Source: an uncultured Fibrobacteria bacterium (GTDB taxonomy: Bacteria > Fibrobacterota > Fibrobacteria > UBA11236). Taken from it: 64,000 bases of DNA. Each line of letters opens with the position of its first letter. Positions within the stretch are counted from its first letter, which is position 1. The position numbers and the translations under genes were made by a program. The stretch is from the NCBI GenBank assembly GCA_963716395.1, contig OY970309.1, positions 1,504,001 to 1,568,000 of the forward strand. Reading direction: 5' to 3'. The notes under the pieces are model-generated. The model saw only the letters and a program-made list of their open reading frames with translations, was not told the DNA's origin and made no database searches. This document shows positions 38,631-47,359 of the stretch, one piece after another.

Positions 38631-39959
38631 ATGACGCGGATTTCATCATACGCCCAAGCCGTGGAATGGCTTTTCGCCCGCAATCAGTTCGCGATGAAAC
38701 TGGGTCTGGAGGGCCCGCGCCGCCTGCTGTCAGAGTTGGGCAACCCGCAACTGGGGCCGGTGTATGCCCATGTCGCCGGTACCAACGGCAAAGGCAGCGT
38801 CTGCGTCAATCTGGCCGCCCTGGTTGCGGCCTCGGGAACCAAGCGCGTGGGGCTGTACACGTCGCCCCATCTGGTGAGTTTTCGCGAACGCATTCGCGTG
38901 GACGGAACACCCATTTCGCCGGATTGGGTGACGCGTTGGCTGGACGAGAACATGCCCGTGCTCGAAGCTTTGAATCCCACCTATTTCGAATGCGTGACGG
39001 CCCTGGCCTTCGCTTATTTCGCGGCGCAGGATTGCCGGGCCGTGGTGCTGGAAACCGGCTTGGGAGGCCGTCTCGACGCCACCAACATCGTGACCCCCAA
39101 GGTCACGGTGATTACCTCGATCTCCTGGGATCACATGCAGGTTCTGGGCGACACTTTGGAGGCGATTTGGGGAGAGAAGCTCGGCATCGTGAAACCGGGC
39201 GTTCCATTGTGCATCGACGAATCCCGGCTCCACCTGGCCGCCCTGGCCGCCCGCGCCGCCGCCGCGGCGGCAGCGCCGCTCTGCAACCTGGCTGACCGCC
39301 TCACCCCCGAAACCGATGGATTACGGGTACAAGGACGTTACTCCGATTACTTTCTGGCCGCCGATTTGCGGCCCGAAGCCCACCAGCTCCGCAACGCGGC
39401 CCTGTCCTTGCTGGCCTTTGAAGCCTACCGGAGCGCGGCGCTTCCGCCGGCTTGGCTTTCGGCGCTGCGCACCGCGCGCATGCCCGGGCGCACGCAATGG
39501 CTTGCCGGCGAAGGCCGGCTGCCGGTTCTGCTCGACGGAGCGCATAATTCCGGCGGCATGGATTCGCTGTGCGGCTACCTGGCCGGGCTGGGCCGCGGCC
39601 GGCCGCGGTTTTTCTTCGCGGCCATGCGCGACAAAGAGGTGGCGGCGCTGTACCGCCGCCTGCGGGCGGTTTCGCACGACATCGTGTATCTCGAACTCGG
39701 CGATGCCTTTCCGCGCGCGCTGCGGGCTGACGAACTGCGCGCCCAGCTCAAGCCCGAAGAACTGCACGGTCTGCGCGTCGCCCCCGTCGCCTGGGAGGCG
39801 CTGGCGCCGCTCTTGCGGCCGGGGGAAGGCGCCGACTTCGCGGTGGTGTGCGGGTCGCTGTATTTGCTGGGCGAAGTGATTCCCAAGCTGCTGCCGCATT
39901 ACCGCGGGTTGGAGGAATTCGCGCAACTGCTGGCGGAGGAAGAGACGCATCCACGGTAA
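38631..39959 (+). CDS. folC: Folylpolyglutamate synthase/dihydrofolate synthase
   Basis: HVAGTNGKGS, YTSPHL, ETGLGGRLDATN, LDGAHN, GSLYLLGE. Confidence 0.95.
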   Translation: MTRISSYAQAVEWLFARNQFAMKLGLEGPRRLLSELGNPQLGPVYAHVAGTNGKGSVCVNLAALVAASGTKRVGLYTSPHLVSFRERIRVDGTPISPDWVTRWLDENMPVLEALNPTYFECVTALAFAYFAAQDCRAVVLETGLGGRLDATNIVTPKVTVITSISWDHMQVLGDTLEAIWGEKLGIVKPGVPLCIDESRLHLAALAARAAAAAAAPLCNLADRLTPETDGLRVQGRYSDYFLAADLRPEAHQLRNAALSLLAFEAYRSAALPPAWLSALRTARMPGRTQWLAGEGRLPVLLDGAHNSGGMDSLCGYLAGLGRGRPRFFFAAMRDKEVAALYRRLRAVSHDIVYLELGDAFPRALRADELRAQLKPEELHGLRVAPVAWEALAPLLRPGEGADFAVVCGSLYLLGEVIPKLLPHYRGLEEFAQLLAEEETHPR

Positions 39960-40036
39960 CATTAGTGATACCTTTCCGGCGCGGTCCGCGAAAAGAGGCT
40001 GAAGATTCCGGGGGAATTTCGTAAATTCGCGGGACA

Positions 40037-40681
40037 ATGGAACGCGACACCGTGGAACTCATCGTCCGCTTTTTCGTCCTGACGGTCTCGCTGACGCTGC
40101 ATGAATTTGCGCATGCCTACTCGGCTCATCTTTGCGGCGACGACACCGCCGAGCAGATGGGGCGCATGACGCTCAACCCTCTGTCGCATCTCGATCCCAT
40201 CGGTTCGTTGATGATCCTCACCGGCATGCCGCTGGGTTGGGCCAAACCCGTGCCCATCGATCCCTTTCGCATGCGCGATCCCCGGCGCGACGGGGCCTTG
40301 GTGGCCCTGGCCGGACCGGCCATGAACTTCGCGCTGGGAATTCTGTTTTGCGGCATTTTTTCCTTCATGAGTTACCGGGCCGTGGGCACCGGCTGGTTCC
40401 AATTGCTGAGCCTGTTCATCGACATCAATTTCAGCCTGGCCATATTCAACTTGATTCCGCTGTACCCGCTCGACGGATCCCGGGTGCTGCCGCTGCTGCT
40501 GCCGCGCCACGCCGCCATGCGCTATGAGCAAACCATGGCCCGCTTGGGATTTTGGCCCGTGCTGCTTTTATTTCTGCTCGCAATTCCCGGCTTTCAGGGC
40601 CCCCTGAACTGGTGGTTCGATTTGTGGGGTCCGGTCTTACATCCCATTTATCGCCTTTTCGGCGTGCCCTCGTTCTGGTAA
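40037..40681 (+). CDS. Site-2 protease (M50) family protein
   Basis: HEFAH, GWAKPVP, AGPAMN, FNLIPLYPLDG. Confidence 0.92.
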   Translation: MERDTVELIVRFFVLTVSLTLHEFAHAYSAHLCGDDTAEQMGRMTLNPLSHLDPIGSLMILTGMPLGWAKPVPIDPFRMRDPRRDGALVALAGPAMNFALGILFCGIFSFMSYRAVGTGWFQLLSLFIDINFSLAIFNLIPLYPLDGSRVLPLLLPRHAAMRYEQTMARLGFWPVLLLFLLAIPGFQGPLNWWFDLWGPVLHPIYRLFGVPSFW

Positions 40682-40748
40682 GTCCGACGCAGTAGACAGT
40701 GCCCGGCCCGCGTAATTACTTTATGCGGCCCAATTGCGGGAGGAACTT

Positions 40749-41009
40749 GTGCCCAATCACGCATCTGCCAAGAAAGACGTACGCTCCTCGGAAAAAGCGC
40801 GGCTCGTCAACCGTGACGTGCGAACCGAGATCCGTACCAGTTTGAAAAAAGTGCGCACCGGCAATGCGGCCGATGCCGCGCGTGAACTCCCGAATCTGTT
40901 CACCTTGCTCGATCGCGCCGCGCGCCGGCACCAGGGCGGCATCACCAAGAACTCCGCGTCCAATTACAAACGCAAAGCGCAAAAAGCGGTTGCGACCCGC
41001 CCGCAATAA
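40749..41009 (+). CDS. rpsT: 30S ribosomal protein S20
   Basis: GGAGG SD, GTG-PNHASAKK..R, LDRAA..I.KNSASNYK. Confidence 0.9.
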   Translation: MPNHASAKKDVRSSEKARLVNRDVRTEIRTSLKKVRTGNAADAARELPNLFTLLDRAARRHQGGITKNSASNYKRKAQKAVATRPQ

Positions 41010-41196
41010 TTTTTGCCCGCCAATTTTTCTCCGCCATTCCCCCGAACCGTTTCCGAAACGGTAAATCGCGACGGACTTTGGTTGCCTCCTCCAGCGTGGC
41101 TTATTAAGACCGGCGGCGGAGAAGCCTAGGCGAGAATTTTCCAGCGGCGGGAAGATTAGTTTTCGAAAATCAACCGTTTTGCAAAGGCAGGATTTC

Positions 41197-42369
41197 ATGG
41201 CCACCGACTCCCCGCTGCTCGGTGTTTACGGCGAACGCGATGTGGAACTCGTGCGCGGCCAAGGTTCCTCGGTTTGGGACGCGGCGGGCCGCCGTTACCT
41301 CGATTGCGTGTCGGGCGTGGCGGTGAACGCGCTGGGGCATTGCCATCCGGCCGTGGTCGAGGCCATCCGCGCGCAGTCGGAAAAGCTCATCCACGGCAGC
41401 AACCTGTATCGGCTGCCGACCCAGCGCGCGCTGGCCGAACTCCTGGTCGCGCTTTCGGGTTTTGACGCGGTGTTCTTCGCCAACAGCGGCGCCGAAGCCA
41501 ATGAAGGCGCGATTAAATTTGCCCGCCGGTTTTTCACCGCCGCCGGGGATCCGGAGCGCTGTGAAATCGTGAGCTTCGCAGGCTCCTTCCACGGCCGCAC
41601 CTACGCGGCCATGGCCGCCACCGGCCAGGAAAAAATCCGTACCGGATTCGGGCCCCTGCCCGCGGGCTTCCGCACCGTGGCGAACAATGACCCCGAAGCC
41701 TTGCGGGCCGCGCTCGGCCCGCAAACCGCCGCCATCCTGTTCGAATCCATTCTGGCCGAAGGCGGAGTGATCGAGCTGGCCCCGGAAATGGCCGAAGTCA
41801 TGCGCGCCGCCCAGGCGCAAGGGATTCTGCTCATCGCCGATGAAATCCAAACCGGGCTGTGGCGCACGGGCTCGTTTCTCGCCTCCGAAACCTTGAAGTT
41901 ACGTCCCGATCTGGTGACCCTGGCCAAACCCCTGGGCGGCGGCTTGCCGCTGGGCGCGGTGTTATTGCGGACGAACATCGCGGACTCCCTCCACGCCGGC
42001 GATCACGGCTCGACCTTCGGCGGCAACCCGGTGGCCTGCGCCGCGGGCCTGGCGGTCTTGGGGGTCTTGTCACAACCGGCTTTCATCGAAGACATGCAGG
42101 TGCGCATGGTGACGCTGCGCCAGGGATTGGAAACGTTGGTGCATAAAAAACACGCCGCGGGCGTGGACATCGGCCCCGTGCGCGGCAGGGGTTTTTTGCT
42201 CGGCATCCGTTGGGGCAGCGATCTTCCGAAACTGCAAAAAGACCTTCGCCACCAAGGCGTGCTGGCTCACCGCGCCGGCGCCGACATGTTACGGCTGTTG
42301 CCACCGCTGAATATTTCCCGCGACGAAATCGCCGAGTTGTTGGGGGCATTGGAGCAGGCGATCCCTTAG
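41197..42369 (+). CDS. argD: Acetylornithine aminotransferase
   Basis: NSGAEANEGAIK, SFHGRT, DEIQTG, LAKPLGGG, HGSTFGGNP. Confidence 0.92.
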   Translation: MATDSPLLGVYGERDVELVRGQGSSVWDAAGRRYLDCVSGVAVNALGHCHPAVVEAIRAQSEKLIHGSNLYRLPTQRALAELLVALSGFDAVFFANSGAEANEGAIKFARRFFTAAGDPERCEIVSFAGSFHGRTYAAMAATGQEKIRTGFGPLPAGFRTVANNDPEALRAALGPQTAAILFESILAEGGVIELAPEMAEVMRAAQAQGILLIADEIQTGLWRTGSFLASETLKLRPDLVTLAKPLGGGLPLGAVLLRTNIADSLHAGDHGSTFGGNPVACAAGLAVLGVLSQPAFIEDMQVRMVTLRQGLETLVHKKHAAGVDIGPVRGRGFLLGIRWGSDLPKLQKDLRHQGVLAHRAGADMLRLLPPLNISRDEIAELLGALEQAIP

Positions 42370-42379
42370 CGGAAAAGGG

Positions 42380-43159
42380 TCAGGGGGATTTTCTTCCCTG
42401 CCTTTTCCCGCGTCCGAAATCCAAGCCGAACAGCTTTCCCAGTTCCGCGTCGCCCAGATCGAGCTCTTTGATCCCGCCGGCCGCCTTGGACCCGCGTTTT
42501 TTCCGCAGCAGTTTATGCGCGCTTTGCTCCACCGCGCGCCCGACCAGGTCTTCCATTTTGATGCCGCGCAAGGTGAAAAACAGGGCAGGATCTTCGTCGA
42601 GCCGGGCGCCCACGCCGTAGAGCGCGGCGGCCACATGCTTGCACATTCCCGCCCAATCCGGGCAGGAGCAGGAGAATTGGATTTGCCGGGGAAGGGGAAA
42701 GAACCCGTGCTTTTCGGCGAACAGCAGATGCTCCAACTCTTTGGGAAATTTCCCGGCCAAGAGGGCTTCGACGGATTCCAATTTGCCCGCGCACACCTCG
42801 GCCAGTTGCTGACGCGCAACACCGCGCAACGTCGTGATGCCGATTTCGATTTCATAGGGTGCGGATTGGCTGCCCTGCACCAGGGCCGAAACCTTTCCGG
42901 CTTCGACGCGCAAATCCACCACCGATCCGTTGCGGGCGTAGGTGCGGCCCCGGCCGATGCGGTTGGCGTAATCGGCGTAGCGTTCCAGGTTCCGGCACCA
43001 CGATTGCGCCCACCACGATTTCAACGGCGAATGCCATAACGCCGGATGCAGGCGCGCGCCTTTTTTTTCCAAGCGCCGGCGCGCGGATTCCGCCTGGGCG
43101 CGGCGTTCGGCTACGGGCACATAGCGCGGAAAGCGGGACCACTTGCCGAAGCGCGCCAT
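42380..43159 (-). CDS. SWIM zinc-finger protein (SNF2 partner)
   Basis: NRIGRGRTYAR, CSCPDW...CKHVAAALY, DP.LFF.LRG. Confidence 0.9.
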   Translation of the reverse strand: MARFGKWSRFPRYVPVAERRAQAESARRRLEKKGARLHPALWHSPLKSWWAQSWCRNLERYADYANRIGRGRTYARNGSVVDLRVEAGKVSALVQGSQSAPYEIEIGITTLRGVARQQLAEVCAGKLESVEALLAGKFPKELEHLLFAEKHGFFPLPRQIQFSCSCPDWAGMCKHVAAALYGVGARLDEDPALFFTLRGIKMEDLVGRAVEQSAHKLLRKKRGSKAAGGIKELDLGDAELGKLFGLDFGRGKRQGRKSP

Positions 43160-45901
43160 TCACACCGCCGCGGCCGACAGGGTGAACAATTCCAGCAATT
43201 CGTCGTTGCCCATTTTGGAAATCCAATCTTCGCCCGTGGCGCCGATCACATCGCGGGCCAGCGCCGACTTCTTTTCGATCAAGGCGTCGATTTTCTCCTC
43301 CAGCGTTCCGGCCGTGATGAACTTGTGCACCAGCACGTTCTTGGTTTGCCCGATGCGAAAGGCGCGATCCGTGGCCTGGTTCTCCACCGCCGGATTCCAC
43401 CAGCGGTCGAAATGCACCACATGCGCGGCGCGCGTCAGGTTCAGGCCCGTGCCGCCGGCCTTTACCGACAGCACCAGAAAGGGAATCCAGTCGTCGCCCT
43501 GAAAGGCGTCGACCACCCGGCGCCGTTGGGCCACGGGGGTTTTGCCGGTGAGCGTAAGCCCCCGGCGTCCGAAAATTTCCGCCAGGAAATCGGCCAGGGG
43601 CTCGGCGATTTCGGCGAATTGGGTGAACACCAAAACCCGCTCGCGTTTGTCGCGGATGGGTTCGCACACCTCGCGCAACAGGCGGAACTTGCCGCTGTCT
43701 ACTTCGGCGAAGCCGCCGGCGCCGGAGTAGTGATCGGGATGGTTGCAGACCTGCTTGAACTTGATGAGAAAGCCCAGCACCGCGCCTTGCCGCGCGAAGC
43801 CTTCGACGTCTTCCAGGGCCGCGGCCAGCTTTTCCGACAGGCGCCGGTACAAGGCCACCTGTTTTTTCGAGAGCACGGCCCGCGCCTTGATCTCCACCTT
43901 GTCAGGCAAATCGGGCAAAAGGCTTTTGTCGGTTTTGAGGCGGCGCAAAAGATACGGGGCGAGGGCGCGGCGCAGGCGGGCGTGGCTTTCGGGGTCGTCT
44001 TGCGCCCGCTTCTGGAAGCGCGCAAATTCGGTCGCCGAGCCGAGCAATCCCGGATTCAAAAAATCAAACAGCGACCACAAATCGGTCAGGCGGTTTTCCA
44101 GGGGCGTGCCGGTGAGCGCGATGCGTCGGGCGGTCTTGAGCGCCTTCACGGCCCGCGTCTGCTTGGCGCCGGGATTTTTGAGTGCCTGGGCCTCGTCCAC
44201 GATGACGCAATCCCATTCCCGTTTTTTCACCCACTCGAGCCGCTCCACCAGGGCATAGGTGGTGAGCGTCAGATCGGCGCCCGGCGCGGAAGCCGTGCCG
44301 CCGAACTGGGCATGCGCTGCGTGGCAGGTCAAACCGGGCGTGAAGCGTTCGATTTCGCGCATCCAATTGAAGAGCAACGAGGCCGGAGCCACCAGCAAAA
44401 CGTTCAGGCTGCGTCCGGATTTTTTCCCATTTTTTTCTTTCAGCGCTTGCAGCCAGGCCAACACCTGCACGGTTTTTCCCAGCCCCATGTCGTCGGCCAG
44501 GCAGGCGCCGAATCCCAAGGTGTGCAGCAGGTTCAGCCAATTCAGCCCCAGTTTTTGATAGGGCCGAAGCTGCGCCTGCAATCCCAAGGGAGTTTCCGTC
44601 ACGCGGATCAAATTCGGATCGCGCATTTTGGCCGTGAGATCGCGCAGCCATTCTCCCTGCGTGATCTCCAGACCCTCCATTTCCGCGAGGTCTTTTAATC
44701 CGGCTTCGCCGCGCCGGAGTAGCAGCCGGAAGGCATCGGCCAGGGAAATGCCCCCGCCTTTCAAAATTTTCTTGGCCTTATCCAACAACGCCAGGGCCGC
44801 TTTCACCTTTTCCGGATCCACGGCCACCCATTTTCCTTTGATCAAAGCCAGACCCTCGCCGGCGTCGGCCAGCCGGCGCAGTTCAGTTTCGGATACGCGC
44901 TCTCCGCCCAGACTTAATTCCAAGCCGAGCGAGATCAAGGCGTTTGCGGTCAGCAATCCGCCCTCGGATTTTTCGCCCACGTTCAGGCGCAAAGCCGCGC
45001 CTTGCTGCGCGGTTTTCCAGAAATCCGGAATGCGGCACAAGATTCCCGCTTCTTGAAAAGCCTCGGTGTCTTTGAGAAAAAGGTGGGCTTCGGCCGGAGT
45101 CCAAAGCAGCGGCCGGAAAATCGCGCCGCTCTCCGTCAGCCGTTTCAGCCACAAACTTTTGTCGGCAGCCGCGTAGAGAGATTTAAGGGCGGAAAGTTGC
45201 CGCCGCGTGTCGCCCTTGAATTCTTCCAGGGCGTGTCGCAAGGGCAAATGGCGGGTGCGGCCGCTTGCGCCCACATGCGATCCATAGGTGGCCAAGAAGG
45301 CGAAAGGATGCTTTTCGTTCTTGTGCTCCACCAGGTGAAAATGAATCCGGCCCACCTCGCGGCCGCCGCCGGCCAAACCATTGACGAAGTCTTCCACCGA
45401 TCCGGAAAAATGATCGAGGCGATCCGCCATCGCCTCGCGCATGCGCTCCCACAGGTTTTGCAACGCGTCGCGGTCGAGATATTCGGCGCCCGGCATGGGC
45501 GGAACCAAATCCAACAGCAGGCGGATTTCCTCGCCGCCGAGTTCGACCGGCGTGCGCGCGCGCAACGTTTCGGCCTCGGGGTGCAACAGCAGCTTGCGGG
45601 GAAAAGCCGCGGCGAAGGAGCGGAAAAAACGCAGCGACGGGTGCAGTTGCAGGCCGGGATCGCTTAGGCCGAGTTGCCAAAGGAAAAGTCCCGGGTCTTC
45701 GCGGAAGGCCGTTTCCAGTGCGACCTCAAGCGCTTGCGCCTCGCGGGGCGGCGGTTCGGCATCGGCGGCGATGCGCTCCAAGGTGAGCACTCCGCCGGGC
45801 TGAAGCGCGAGGGAAAGCGAATCGGGTGGCACGGAGAGAAAACTTAATTCGTAGGAAATCGTGCCAATGGGCGAAGAGGTCCAGGTAAATAATTTGGTCA
45901 T
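43160..45901 (-). CDS. SNF2-family DEAD/DEAH helicase
   Basis: LRPYQ, LADDMGLGKT, DEAQ, LTGTPLEN, GGTGLNLT, RWWNPAVENQATDRAFRIGQ; ATG 45901 taken as start. Confidence 0.93.
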   Translation of the reverse strand: MTKLFTWTSSPIGTISYELSFLSVPPDSLSLALQPGGVLTLERIAADAEPPPREAQALEVALETAFREDPGLFLWQLGLSDPGLQLHPSLRFFRSFAAAFPRKLLLHPEAETLRARTPVELGGEEIRLLLDLVPPMPGAEYLDRDALQNLWERMREAMADRLDHFSGSVEDFVNGLAGGGREVGRIHFHLVEHKNEKHPFAFLATYGSHVGASGRTRHLPLRHALEEFKGDTRRQLSALKSLYAAADKSLWLKRLTESGAIFRPLLWTPAEAHLFLKDTEAFQEAGILCRIPDFWKTAQQGAALRLNVGEKSEGGLLTANALISLGLELSLGGERVSETELRRLADAGEGLALIKGKWVAVDPEKVKAALALLDKAKKILKGGGISLADAFRLLLRRGEAGLKDLAEMEGLEITQGEWLRDLTAKMRDPNLIRVTETPLGLQAQLRPYQKLGLNWLNLLHTLGFGACLADDMGLGKTVQVLAWLQALKEKNGKKSGRSLNVLLVAPASLLFNWMREIERFTPGLTCHAAHAQFGGTASAPGADLTLTTYALVERLEWVKKREWDCVIVDEAQALKNPGAKQTRAVKALKTARRIALTGTPLENRLTDLWSLFDFLNPGLLGSATEFARFQKRAQDDPESHARLRRALAPYLLRRLKTDKSLLPDLPDKVEIKARAVLSKKQVALYRRLSEKLAAALEDVEGFARQGAVLGFLIKFKQVCNHPDHYSGAGGFAEVDSGKFRLLREVCEPIRDKRERVLVFTQFAEIAEPLADFLAEIFGRRGLTLTGKTPVAQRRRVVDAFQGDDWIPFLVLSVKAGGTGLNLTRAAHVVHFDRWWNPAVENQATDRAFRIGQTKNVLVHKFITAGTLEEKIDALIEKKSALARDVIGATGEDWISKMGNDELLELFTLSAAAV

Positions 45902-45928
45902 GCCCCAGAGCCGGAAGCGGCGGGGTGA

Positions 45929-45971
45929 GCCCCCGATACAGGCAGGCACAAGGCCTGCCCGTATCGGGGGC
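45929..45971. repeat. REP-like hairpin 1 (19-bp arms, loop ACAAG)
   Basis: GCCCCCGATACAGGCAGGC-ACAAG-GCCTGCCCGTATCGGGGGC, one mismatch. Confidence 0.85.
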
Positions 45972-45997
45972 CATGCGGGCCGGGAGTTTTGAGCCGA

Positions 45998-46130
45998 AGT
46001 TAGGATTGAAGATTAGTTGAATTTGGTTAGGCTGGATTGGGATTGAGGCTGGGATTGTAGGTGGAATTGCGGCTGCGATTGTAGTTGCGTTTGGGTTGGG
46101 GTTGAGATAGGGGTTGAGGTTGGGATAGGC
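45998..46130. repeat. Degenerate G/T-rich hexamer array
   Basis: About 20 units such as gggatt, gaggct, gcgatt, gtagtt, gggttg; very few C on plus strand. Confidence 0.75.
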
Positions 46131-46164
46131 CTTGTGCCTATCCCAACCTCAACCCCTATCTCAA
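46102..46164. repeat. REP-like hairpin 2 (perfect 29-bp arms, loop CTTGT) overlapping the RAYT stop codon
   Basis: TTGAGATAGGGGTTGAGGTTGGGATAGGC-CTTGT-GCCTATCCCAACCTCAACCCCTATCTCAA. Confidence 0.9.
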
Positions 46165-46404
46165 TGCTTGATTTTAGGAATTGAATGTTGATTTTCCCGA
46201 TCCCGTTCCCATTTTGCGGGATTCAATTCGATGTATCGCCGGATTCTTTCCAAGGCATATTCGTGGCGGATGATGTGTTCGTAATAATTGCGTTGCCAGA
46301 TTCGGCGGTGGAATTCCGGCCATCCATGCCGACGAACGCCGTTAATATACCGAACCGTGGTGATCGATTTAAATGCGCCGATTACGGATCCCAATGTCGG
46401 GGTG

Positions 46405-46457
46405 TCCCTGGTGGGGGTGGGGGTGGGCACAAGGCCCACCCCCACCCCCACCAGGGA
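46405..46457. repeat. REP-like hairpin 3 inside RAYT CDS (perfect 24-bp arms, loop ACAAG)
   Basis: TCCCTGGTGGGGGTGGGGGTGGGC-ACAAG-GCCCACCCCCACCCCCACCAGGGA. Confidence 0.9.
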
Positions 46458-46480
46458 ATTCGGATTGTTGGTGTTGTTGT

Positions 46481-46525
46481 CCGCTGTGATCGGGGCAGGT
46501 CTTGTGCCCACCCCGATCACAGCGG
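46481..46525. repeat. REP-like hairpin 4 inside RAYT CDS (loop CTTGT)
   Basis: CCGCTGTGATCGGGGCAGGT-CTTGT-GCCCACCCCGATCACAGCGG; 15 perfect outer bp. Confidence 0.85.
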
Positions 46526-46901
46526 GTGCCACGCCCGCCCCGACGACGGCGCCTGACCCAAGGTGGATGATTCCATGAAAATGATTCGGCATGATCACCA
46601 TGGCGTCCAAGATGACGGAGGAAAAGCGAATGGTTAATTCCCGCCAAGCGACCAAAATCATTTCACCCGCCGGGTTCAATCGCATTTGGGCGTTATGAAT
46701 TTCTCCGAACAGACATTGTCGGTTTTGGGCGCAGAGGGTTACAAAGTAAGCGCCGGGACGGGCATAGTCGTAACCGGGTAAACGAAGGGAGTGACGGCCT
46801 AGATTTCGAGACAAGCCCGAAAAGAAGATTTTTGGAAGCGGTGAGGGTGGTGACAAAGGTCACGCCCGGCGAGTAAAAAATCCATCGGAGATCACGTACC
46901 C

Positions 46902-47303
46902 ATGCTCAGCGAACTCGAACGCAAACAAATCGCAAATGCCTTGGAGCCGATGCTCGTGCGCCGCGGCAATGTGGTCAAATCCGGATCCTCCGCCTTTCGC
47001 CTGCAGGGAAACGAAGTTGTGCTCTTTACCCACGTGCCATCTTTCCGAAACCCCGCCCAAGAAATCGAGATCCCGGTCGCCAAATTCAAACGGGTGAACA
47101 CCACCGGTTTCTGGCATCTGTATTGGATGCGGGCCAGCGGGAAATGGCAAGGCTACGAACCATTGGCTCAAGCCGAATCCTTTCAGGCATTGGCCGCGAG
47201 GTTGAAAGCGATCCTCACGGCTGCTTTTGGGGTTAAGCTCCTGAATTCGCTTTCGCCCGGATCGCGCGCGGCCGGCGGGCTTCGCCAAAACGCGCGGACT
47301 TAA
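46902..47303 (+). CDS. DUF3024-family protein
   Basis: PVAKFKRV...[16 protein letters not shown] motif. Confidence 0.8.
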   Translation: MLSELERKQIANALEPMLVRRGNVVKSGSSAFRLQGNEVVLFTHVPSFRNPAQEIEIPVAKFKRVNTTGFWHLYWMRASGKWQGYEPLAQAESFQALAARLKAILTAAFGVKLLNSLSPGSRAAGGLRQNART

Positions 47304-47359
47304 AATCCCTTTCCAAAGGTCTACATTTAGCGCAGCAACCGAAAGAAAGTTGGCGCATC

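Larger units (their letters stand above)
46161..46856 (-). mobile_element. REP-associated tyrosine transposase (RAYT, IS200-like Y1 HUH)
   Basis: SLRLPGYDY..PGAYFVT, MPNHFHGII (HUH), WQRNYYEHIIR, YIELNP; start codon uncertain. Confidence 0.92.

Noticed and set aside
45998-46525. Possible CRISPR array at the RAYT repeats
   Set aside because: No constant-length direct repeats with unique spacers and no cas genes; units are inverted palindromes sharing only an ~11-nt core
42361-47321. ATCCCTT...AAAGG similarity at both edges of the SNF2-RAYT block as an att/target duplication
   Set aside because: Only about 7 contiguous matching bases and no integrase; compatible with chance
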